From positions 17,432 through 81,431 of IMG/VR virus record IMGVR_UViG_3300032289_001255: 64,000 nucleotides of DNA; one strand, given 5' to 3'. Position 1 is the stretch's first letter. Every line of letters starts with the position of its first letter. Source of the DNA: a virus. Taxonomy: Duplodnaviria > Caudoviricetes. Below are positions 57,361-64,000 of this stretch, piece after piece. A program made the translations under genes and the position numbers. The notes below the pieces were generated by a model that was given only the letters and a program-made list of their open reading frames with translations, did no database searches and was not told the origin of the DNA.

Positions 57361-57561
57361 ATGAGAAACTTTGCTAAAGACGGACCTCCCAAATATCGTA
57401 AACCAGAACCTTTACACAAAGGATGGCATTATATCGGTGACGGTAAATTCCACGATCCAAGTCTTGGTAGTGACCCAATGAGAGGTCGTAGATGGATGAT
57501 TGATCCAGGCGCTGGAAGTGGTAAAAGTTTTGACAAATTTCAACAAGGATTAAAGAAATGA
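57361..57561 (+). CDS. Small hypothetical protein
   Basis: ATG 57361; ATGA overlap with the next gene. Confidence 0.55.
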   Translation: MRNFAKDGPPKYRKPEPLHKGWHYIGDGKFHDPSLGSDPMRGRRWMIDPGAGSGKSFDKFQQGLKK

Positions 57562-59528
57562 TTAACAATTTAGTAAAATTACCAGGCGGAGTTGGAGATG
57601 AATCTACAACTGATCAAGTTGATCCAACCCAATTAAGTATTGGTATACAAATTGAAATGGAACATACCAATAATTTAGATATTGCAAAAGAAATTGCTAT
57701 AGATCATTTAACTGAAGATCCTAAGTATTATACAAAATTAGTTAATGCAGGATTAGCTAAGGAATTTCAAGCAGGTACTGGTTCCGGTATTGGCGATCCA
57801 ACTACTAGTTTAAATGATCCTTCTAGAATTGGTTCTGGTGGATTAAAGAAAGGAAATATGCACGGAAAAATTGGAAATACTTCAGATGGTCAAGTTGATG
57901 GAAGACGTAGTGATCCAGTTGTAAACAAGACTATTGATATCGAACTTGAAGAACAAGTATTTAGTAGCTTGGAAGAAGCTATGTTAGACGAAAAGAAAAG
58001 AAGAAAATCTGGTAAAGGTAAAAGAAAACCAAAACCAACCAATCCAGCTTTATGGGCTAGAGCCAAATCAGCTGCAAGATCTAAGTTTGATGTTTATCCA
58101 TGTGTACCATTGGATAGTAAAGCGTTAACAAAAAACGGATGGAAATCATATGAAGAATTAAATAAAGGAGAGTTAATTCTTACATATAATATAGAAAAAG
58201 ATGAACTGGAATGGAAACCAATTATAAATCTTAATTTTTTTGAAAACGCCGAGATGATGAGAATGTTTAAACCAACCGGATTTTCAATCAAATGTACACC
58301 TAATCATAAATGGGTAGTTAGAAGAGGCAATGATTATTCTACTACAGAATTAATTGAAACCAAAGATTTGCCAAAAAGATCTAGGATCGTAATGTGTGCT
58401 GAATTAAAAACAGAAAATAAAATTTTATTAGAAGATTTTTCAAAATTTGACAATTGGACTGAAAATGTAATTAATATGAGTTCAGATCAAAGAAAAGCAT
58501 TTTTAGCCGCATCAATAATATATGATGGTTGGGATAAAGGTACATCTTCTAAAATAGAAGGACGACATACATTTGGATTTGTACAAAAAAATTCAGATCA
58601 TTTAGATGCTGGATTACTCGCAGCTTATCTAAGTGGTTACTACGTTTCAGTAAATGATAGAGATTATATTACATCTGCTAATTTTATTAGAAATAAAAAA
58701 TATCATTCGGTTCAAAATATTAAATTTGAAAAAGTTGAAAACGAAGATGTATGGTGTCCAACAACTGAAAATAATACTTGGGTTATGTATCAAAATGGTT
58801 TGATAACAATAACAGGTAATTCAGCTTATGCTAATGGTTGGGCTGCAAAATGGTATAAGAGTAAAGGCGGTGGTTGGAGAATGAGTGAAGCTTATCCAGC
58901 TCAAGCTATGGAAAGTCCATACCCATCAGACGGAACAATGATTGGATCTGGTACAAATGGTAGTGGATATGATTTTGTCGGATATGCAGAAAGCAAACAA
59001 ACTATGAATAAACAACAACTAAAAGAAGTTATCAAAAAAATGATTCATGAAATTGAACAAGACGATGTTAATGTAGATGCAGAAAAAGAATCTGTAACTA
59101 TTACATTGGATCGTGAACTTGCTCAAAAACTTCACGCTTTATTAATGACACAACTAACTCCTTCTGGAGAAGATGTGGAACAAACTCCAGCTGGACCAGA
59201 AGATGCAAATGCAGTGGTGCCTGCTGAAGATGATGTAGAAGCCAAAGCTGCTAATATGAGCAGCGATCAATTGCCAATTAAAGCTGGCGACGAAAGCGAT
59301 GAATCTGTCGATGACATTACATCCGATGAATCAGATTCAATGGATGAAGCTAAAAAGAAATGGATACAAAAAGCCATTAGTAAACCAGGCGCTTTGAAGA
59401 AATCACTACACGTTCCAACTGGAGAAAAAATTCCAGCCGGTAAGTTAGCAGCAGCAGCAAAAAAGGGTGGTAAAGTTGGTCAACGTGCTAGACTAGCAAT
59501 GACACTTAGTAAATTAAAGAAAAAGTAA
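57558..59528 (+). CDS. Modular virion-type protein (DUF5661-like motif, intein-interrupted basic motif, acidic linker, basic C-terminal motif)
   Basis: QLSIGIQIEMEHT..IAKEIAIDHLTEDPKYYTKL; PTNPALW..YP/SAYANGW..GGGWR; KWIQKAISKPGAL...RARLAMTL. Confidence 0.75.
   Translation: MINNLVKLPGGVGDESTTDQVDPTQLSIGIQIEMEHTNNLDIAKEIAIDHLTEDPKYYTKLVNAGLAKEFQAGTGSGIGDPTTSLNDPSRIGSGGLKKGNMHGKIGNTSDGQVDGRRSDPVVNKTIDIELEEQVFSSLEEAMLDEKKRRKSGKGKRKPKPTNPALWARAKSAARSKFDVYPCVPLDSKALTKNGWKSYEELNKGELILTYNIEKDELEWKPIINLNFFENAEMMRMFKPTGFSIKCTPNHKWVVRRGNDYSTTELIETKDLPKRSRIVMCAELKTENKILLEDFSKFDNWTENVINMSSDQRKAFLAASIIYDGWDKGTSSKIEGRHTFGFVQKNSDHLDAGLLAAYLSGYYVSVNDRDYITSANFIRNKKYHSVQNIKFEKVENEDVWCPTTENNTWVMYQNGLITITGNSAYANGWAAKWYKSKGGGWRMSEAYPAQAMESPYPSDGTMIGSGTNGSGYDFVGYAESKQTMNKQQLKEVIKKMIHEIEQDDVNVDAEKESVTITLDRELAQKLHALLMTQLTPSGEDVEQTPAGPEDANAVVPAEDDVEAKAANMSSDQLPIKAGDESDESVDDITSDESDSMDEAKKKWIQKAISKPGALKKSLHVPTGEKIPAGKLAAAAKKGGKVGQRARLAMTLSKLKKK
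58101..58820 (+). mobile_element. Intein (240 aa) with partial LAGLIDADG domain
   Basis: Block A CVPLDS, block B CTPNHKW, LAGLIDADG-like FLAASIIYDG, block F VWCPTT, block G ITGN followed by Ser+1; removal restores ARSKFDVYP-SAYANGWAAKWYK. Confidence 0.92.
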
Positions 59529-59537
59529 TATAATTTT

Positions 59538-61001
59538 ATGCCTCTTTTCAAGATTAGACGCACAGGACAATTGGGGTTTTTCTCTGATAAAGCAAGACCC
59601 TCACCTGACATGTATAATGATAAGTCTTATTATTTTTTACAAATAGTAGATCCTGTCAATACCGATTGGGATATCGCCACATTACCACGTTATTATAAGT
59701 TTACCGGCGATCAAGCTAGATATTCTGCGTCTGAGTTGTTACCAATACAAACCAAGGACTTGAAAAAAGCACAAAAGAATAATACGATGAACAAATTAAT
59801 GCAACCCGAAACTATTAATGAATCGGCAGAAATGGCACAGAGTGATGTTACAAAGATTATTGATTATAGTGAAAAACTACAATCGATGTTCGATGTAAAT
59901 GATAACTTAGAAGACTGGGTAAAAGCTAAGTTGAATCATGCTTGTGACTATGTAGCTACAGTACGCGATTATTTGAAGTTTTATCGTGATGAAAAGGAAT
60001 CTGGTACTTCTGACGACCAAATAGATGAAAAGTGGACAAATACTTATAAGAAGAGTATTAATTGTAGTAACCCCAAAGGTTTTAGTCAGAAGGCACATTG
60101 TAAAGCCAGAAAGTTAAGACAGATGGGTAAAAAGACAAAAAGTAAACCCGTAAGAGAAATATACGAAGTGGTTGTACGTCATATGTTAAAAGAATTCAAT
60201 AGCAGTATGGCTATGGGTGCTTTAAAACAACTTAACAATGATGCCAAAGAATTAGAAAAAATGTTGCAACCAGATTCTGAGTTGGAAGACTGGGTAAAAG
60301 CTAAGTTGAACTTAGCCGGTGAGTACTTGGATGATGTGTATCACCATCTAGACCACTTTGGTCCACAAGGTAGAAAGTTTGATGAAGTAAAAGTTGCTCA
60401 CGATCTTGAAGAAGGTTGGAAAGACTGGGTTGCTGCCGGAGCAATTGGATTGGGTGCAATGAGTGGTAAAGTAGATGCCTCGAAAATAAAACCAACGGAT
60501 CAAGCAGCTATAACACAAAGTGTGCAAAAATCGGTTGGGTCTTTTATGGACTATATTAAGAAAGTAGAAAATCAAGGTAAAGTGGGATATAATGTTGAAA
60601 AGAAATTGTGGTTTCCTCACAAGAGTTTTGAAGGTGGCAGTGATACTATTGGATATGGTCATAAAATACAAAAAGGTGAGGACTTTAGTAAAGGTATAAC
60701 AGATGCTCAAGCTGAGTCTCTATTAAAGACAGATTTGGCAAAAGCAAAGCAACAAGTTTATAAAGAACTTGGAAGTGTTAAATTGACTCCTCAACAAGAA
60801 GAAATGTTTGTTGACTTTGTATTCAATATGGGTACATTGAAGAAATTTCCTAAGTTTACCGAATTTGCATTAAAAAATGATTTAGAAGGTATGAAAAGTC
60901 AGTATAAAAGATACGCTGGCGGTAAAGAATTAAAAGGTAGAAACTCAGAGTTCTTAAAGAGATTTTTAGCTGAGTACTTTGGTTTTACAACTTATTTCTA
61001 A
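59538..61001 (+). CDS. Modular protein with two EDWVKAKLN repeats and a C-terminal GH24-like lysozyme
   Basis: Repeat x2; SINCSNPKGFSQKAHC motif; hydrophobic WVAAGAIGLGAM; lysozyme KKVEN...TIGYGH..ITDAQAESLL..FVDFVFNMG. Confidence 0.82.
   Translation: MPLFKIRRTGQLGFFSDKARPSPDMYNDKSYYFLQIVDPVNTDWDIATLPRYYKFTGDQARYSASELLPIQTKDLKKAQKNNTMNKLMQPETINESAEMAQSDVTKIIDYSEKLQSMFDVNDNLEDWVKAKLNHACDYVATVRDYLKFYRDEKESGTSDDQIDEKWTNTYKKSINCSNPKGFSQKAHCKARKLRQMGKKTKSKPVREIYEVVVRHMLKEFNSSMAMGALKQLNNDAKELEKMLQPDSELEDWVKAKLNLAGEYLDDVYHHLDHFGPQGRKFDEVKVAHDLEEGWKDWVAAGAIGLGAMSGKVDASKIKPTDQAAITQSVQKSVGSFMDYIKKVENQGKVGYNVEKKLWFPHKSFEGGSDTIGYGHKIQKGEDFSKGITDAQAESLLKTDLAKAKQQVYKELGSVKLTPQQEEMFVDFVFNMGTLKKFPKFTEFALKNDLEGMKSQYKRYAGGKELKGRNSEFLKRFLAEYFGFTTYF
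59910..60310 (+). repeat. 26-nt perfect direct repeat, two copies (59910-59935 and 60285-60310)
   Basis: GAAGACTGGGTAAAAGCTAAGTTGAA occurs twice, in frame, 375 nt apart. Confidence 0.9.
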
Positions 61002-61004
61002 GTT

Positions 61005-61340
61005 ATGAATGAATGGCCAACAGTGCCTATGGGCAACTTACAAGCTATGATGGTAATGCGTCAACAGAGTGCACCTGTATCATCTATTAACAACTTTGAT
61101 CCATATCAAGCTATGTTGAGACGCAAACAATCAAATGTGTCTGATGAAAGTGGTTATATTAATGCGGAAGTAGAACAATACGACCCTAAAGATATTCAAG
61201 CATTGGAAGAGTTTTGTCAACAATATGGTATAATGGGATTTAATTTTGGTAAGATGAATCCCAAATCTGCGTTGCAGATGTTAAAGAATAAGATGGGAAT
61301 TGTAGAAAAAGTTAATAATAAAAAAATGTTATTGGATTAA
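61005..61340 (+). CDS. Hypothetical protein
   Basis: 111-aa ORF with core-type codon usage. Confidence 0.6.
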   Translation: MNEWPTVPMGNLQAMMVMRQQSAPVSSINNFDPYQAMLRRKQSNVSDESGYINAEVEQYDPKDIQALEEFCQQYGIMGFNFGKMNPKSALQMLKNKMGIVEKVNNKKMLLD

Positions 61341-61360
61341 TTATTCTGTAGTTATTTGAA

Positions 61361-62722
61361 ATGAGTGTTACGTTAATTGAGAAAAAAATTAATCCACTGT
61401 TAGTCCGATTTAAAATAGAAGCTCCATTGAGAGATGAACCAGCTTTATTTATCTGGGAGGATCCATTTTCTAAAAATATAAGGCACATTGATGAAATTTC
61501 TTTAACTCAGAATATTGAATACTATTCTTGTATAAATAAGAATTTGTCGTTTTTTGAAAACGGAATTACATTTACGATTGTTTCTTTAAAAGATTATAAA
61601 TGTTTATATAGTTATAACTTCAAAAATTTGAATTTTATATCAGGTAAAAACATTTTATATATATCACAGAACAATTATTCTGGATATAGTTATGCTGCTA
61701 GAAATTATATCTATCAATTGTTGCAATCTGGCTATAATGTAAATTGGTCTGATAAATTTACAACATCGAATTTTTATAAACCGGTTAATAAAGAAGAACA
61801 ATTGGTATTCAACTGTTTAAATAACAAAATAGATTTTGATTCTGTCATTATACATCACACACCAGAGTTATGGAAATCTATATTTGATGAAGTTCCCAGA
61901 GATAGAAAAGTATATGGATTGACAACTTGGGAAACCACAAGATTACATCCTACATGGGTTAATCATATTAATAATAGTGTAGACGAAATAATCGTACCAT
62001 CTAAATTTAATGTAGAAACATTTAAACAAAGTGGGGTAAACAAACCATTGAATTTGTGGCGCCATGATATATTTCCATTTCAAAAAACAAACGTTAATTC
62101 GATTGATTTGTATAATAAATTTGTTCTTTTTAATGGCACAGAATTTACAAATAATCAGATATTAATTAAAAATTTAATAGAACAAAATACAGTTTATTAT
62201 AACATATCCCAGTTTAATTATAGAAAAAATTTAACTCAAGTTATTAGTTCATTTTGTAAGAAGTTTACCAATAAGGATAACGTATGTTTGTTTATTAAAA
62301 CATATATTGAGATTTTTAGTAAAAAAGAAACCGATGCTCTGAAGTATAAAATAGTTGAATTGACCAGACAGTTTAAAGATTTGCCTAAAATTATATTTTG
62401 TTTTGAAAATTTAAATAATGATGAGATTGATACTATTCATAAGTTCGGAGATGTATATTTTACATTGAATCGTGGCGAGGGATTTGGTTTATGTACATAT
62501 ACAGCAAAGAAGATTGGTAATAGAATTATTTGTGGAAAGTTTGGGGCTGAAAAAGAATATTTAGATGATATCGATTTACTATTGGATTATGAGTTAGGAT
62601 CATCTGACCATTTGGATGATTTTAACAAATTTTACATTGGTCATGGACAACAATGTGCATTTTATAGTACAGATTATGTAGTTTCAAAATTACAATATTA
62701 TCCAAAGACTCTTAAGGTATAA
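61361..62722 (+). CDS. GT4-like glycosyltransferase with extra N-terminal domain, phage paralog family
   Basis: SGYSYAARNY, TWET, IIVPSKFN, YRKNL, NRGEGFGLC. Confidence 0.85.
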   Translation: MSVTLIEKKINPLLVRFKIEAPLRDEPALFIWEDPFSKNIRHIDEISLTQNIEYYSCINKNLSFFENGITFTIVSLKDYKCLYSYNFKNLNFISGKNILYISQNNYSGYSYAARNYIYQLLQSGYNVNWSDKFTTSNFYKPVNKEEQLVFNCLNNKIDFDSVIIHHTPELWKSIFDEVPRDRKVYGLTTWETTRLHPTWVNHINNSVDEIIVPSKFNVETFKQSGVNKPLNLWRHDIFPFQKTNVNSIDLYNKFVLFNGTEFTNNQILIKNLIEQNTVYYNISQFNYRKNLTQVISSFCKKFTNKDNVCLFIKTYIEIFSKKETDALKYKIVELTRQFKDLPKIIFCFENLNNDEIDTIHKFGDVYFTLNRGEGFGLCTYTAKKIGNRIICGKFGAEKEYLDDIDLLLDYELGSSDHLDDFNKFYIGHGQQCAFYSTDYVVSKLQYYPKTLKV

Positions 62723-62759
62723 AATAAAAAACCCCTCATACGAGGGGTTTGTTTTTATT
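62723..62759. terminator. Bidirectional rho-independent terminator
   Basis: A tract-AAACCCCTC-atac-GAGGGGTTT-T tract between convergent genes. Confidence 0.85.
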
Positions 62760-63021
62760 GTTCTAAACTAAACTTTACTTTTTTTAATTCAGGTGGTAAT
62801 AGTTCATCCAATGGTTCCAGACAATTGACACAATATGGTATATTAATTGGTACCAACGCATCTTTATCTGTACCGGCTAGAATTTTGCTTACTTTTCTAA
62901 ACATAACACCGTTTTGAAAAACAGCGCCTTGACATTCAGTACATTGTACCGATTGTGTATCTTTCAATCCAAAATTAACATTTGGGGTTTGATTCATTCC
63001 TTGTATTTTGTTGTTAAACAT
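62755..63021 (-). CDS. Small Zn-ribbon hypothetical protein
   Basis: CTEC...CVNC; RKVSKILAGT. Confidence 0.7.
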   Translation of the reverse strand: MFNNKIQGMNQTPNVNFGLKDTQSVQCTECQGAVFQNGVMFRKVSKILAGTDKDALVPINIPYCVNCLEPLDELLPPELKKVKFSLEQ

Positions 63022-63024
63022 AAT

Positions 63025-63423
63025 TTATATTCCTTTTCTTTTTTTATAATTTTCTAACGCTGCATTAAGTGCCTCAGAGGCTAAAACTGAACAATGAATT
63101 TTTACAGGCGGTAAGCCGCCTAGTGCTTCTACTATATTATCATTACTAAAGTTTTTTTCAAGTTCATCTATAGTTCTGCCTTTTATTAATTCAGTTGCCA
63201 TAGATGAAGCGGCAATTGCGCTGCCACAACCAAAAGTCTTAAATCTAGCGTCTGTAACTGTTCCTGTAACATCATCTATTTTAAGACTAATTTTCATAAT
63301 ATCACCACACGCAGCTGCACCTACTTCACCAACTGCATCGGCATCTTTAATATCACCCATATTTCGAGGGTTAATAAAATGATCCATTACTGTTTCATTA
63401 TATAATGTATAGGATTCACTCAT
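63025..63423 (-). CDS. iscU: Fe-S cluster scaffold protein IscU/NifU
   Basis: HFINPRNMG, AACGDIM, FKTFGCGSAIAASS, PPVKIHCSVLA. Confidence 0.95.
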   Translation of the reverse strand: MSESYTLYNETVMDHFINPRNMGDIKDADAVGEVGAAACGDIMKISLKIDDVTGTVTDARFKTFGCGSAIAASSMATELIKGRTIDELEKNFSNDNIVEALGGLPPVKIHCSVLASEALNAALENYKKRKGI

Positions 63424-63998
63424 AGTCCAATTTGTTTTAGATCATTAAGTACCATTTTTTCCACAAGTTGTTCAAATGATGTTTCTGGTTTCCATTTCAA
63501 TTCGTTTCTGGCTTTGGTACTATCACCCAATAATAAGTCTACTTCGGCTGGTCTATAGAATTTAGGATTGATTTTAACCAAGACAGAAGATACCGGTTCA
63601 TATTTGATAACATCTTTCGTAGTAATACTAAACTCGGCTGATTCAGCCTCTCCATGCCATTCACCATCAATATCAGCTGCTTTAAAAGCATACCAAACAA
63701 ATTCCGCAATAGTATGTGTTTCATTGCTAGATAGTACATATTCATTAGGATACGTTTGATTTAACATTTTCCAAATACCATCTACAAAGTCTTCGGCATC
63801 ACTCCAATCTCTCTTAGCTTTAACGTTACCCAATTCAATTGGCATAAAACTTTTACCTTCAGATATTGCTTTTTTGATTCTAGCTACCCCCTTGGTAATC
63901 TTGCGGGTAACAAATTCTTCACCTCTTCTAGTACCTTCGTGATTAAACAACAATCCTTGTACTGCATACAAATTATAGGATTCTCTGTATACTTTAAC
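63420..63998 (-). CDS. gmd: GDP-mannose 4,6-dehydratase, 3' part (runs off window end)
   Basis: YRESYNLYAVQGLLFNHE..RRGEEFVTRKIT, LGNVKAKRDW, FYRPAEVDLLLGD. Confidence 0.95.
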   Translation of the reverse strand, partial: VKVYRESYNLYAVQGLLFNHEGTRRGEEFVTRKITKGVARIKKAISEGKSFMPIELGNVKAKRDWSDAEDFVDGIWKMLNQTYPNEYVLSSNETHTIAEFVWYAFKAADIDGEWHGEAESAEFSITTKDVIKYEPVSSVLVKINPKFYRPAEVDLLLGDSTKARNELKWKPETSFEQLVEKMVLNDLKQIGL

Positions 63999-64000
63999 CA

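Noticed and set aside
1213-63759. Numerous 60-195 aa ORFs antisense to or nested in real genes (e.g. 2597-3001, 4586-5116, 43560-43994, 44718-45302, 45046-45537, 60348-60710)
   Set aside because: Shadow ORFs opposite well-supported genes, with no motifs and atypical composition
1-64000. Stop-codon reassignment as the cause of the split genes
   Set aside because: Long genes translate intact in code 11. The split points need frame changes or an insertion, not readthrough of TAG or TGA
1-64000. tRNA, rRNA, riboswitch or other structured ncRNA
   Set aside because: Intergenic gaps are mostly under 100 nt and none showed a cloverleaf or a recognisable conserved RNA; a tRNAscan/Infernal run would be needed to exclude them formally

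Overview
This 64 kb window is a gene-dense, very AT-rich segment of a large dsDNA tailed bacteriophage, not a cellular chromosome. It carries a T4-like replication set (family B DNA polymerase, sliding clamp, two clamp-loader subunits), nrdA/nrdB, dUTPase, dNMP kinase, a UvsE endonuclease, a MoxR AAA+/VWA pair, IscU and a GH24 lysozyme domain. Several sigma70-type TTGACA/TATAAT promoters are present. The dominant feature is a very large glycan-building arsenal of roughly 40 genes: a near-continuous minus-strand operon at about 10.6-39.7 kb, a second mixed-strand cluster at 46.5-56.8 kb, and further genes at 61.4-64 kb. It includes about 25 glycosyltransferase-like ORFs (GT2, GT4, GT6, GT8, GT31, GT61-like), nucleotide-sugar enzymes, C- and O-methyltransferases and a NodU-type carbamoyltransferase. 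It also holds an unexplained module of a phosphoribulokinase-like kinase fused to a GT, a class II aldolase, a HAD phosphatase and a tandem nucleotidyltransferase. Other notable items are a GT2 gene split in two by a free-standing HNH endonuclease with no room for an intron, and a GT4 gene split at a prfB-like SD-NNN-ATT-TAA junction. There is also a 240-aa intein inside a short peptide motif, modular virion-type 'polyproteins' with [ILMV]xE junctions, a membrane-anchored stand-alone PAS protein and a DruA/DUF4338-like gene. Family assignments come from motifs recognised by eye; no database searches were run. No tRNA, rRNA or CRISPR array was recognised.
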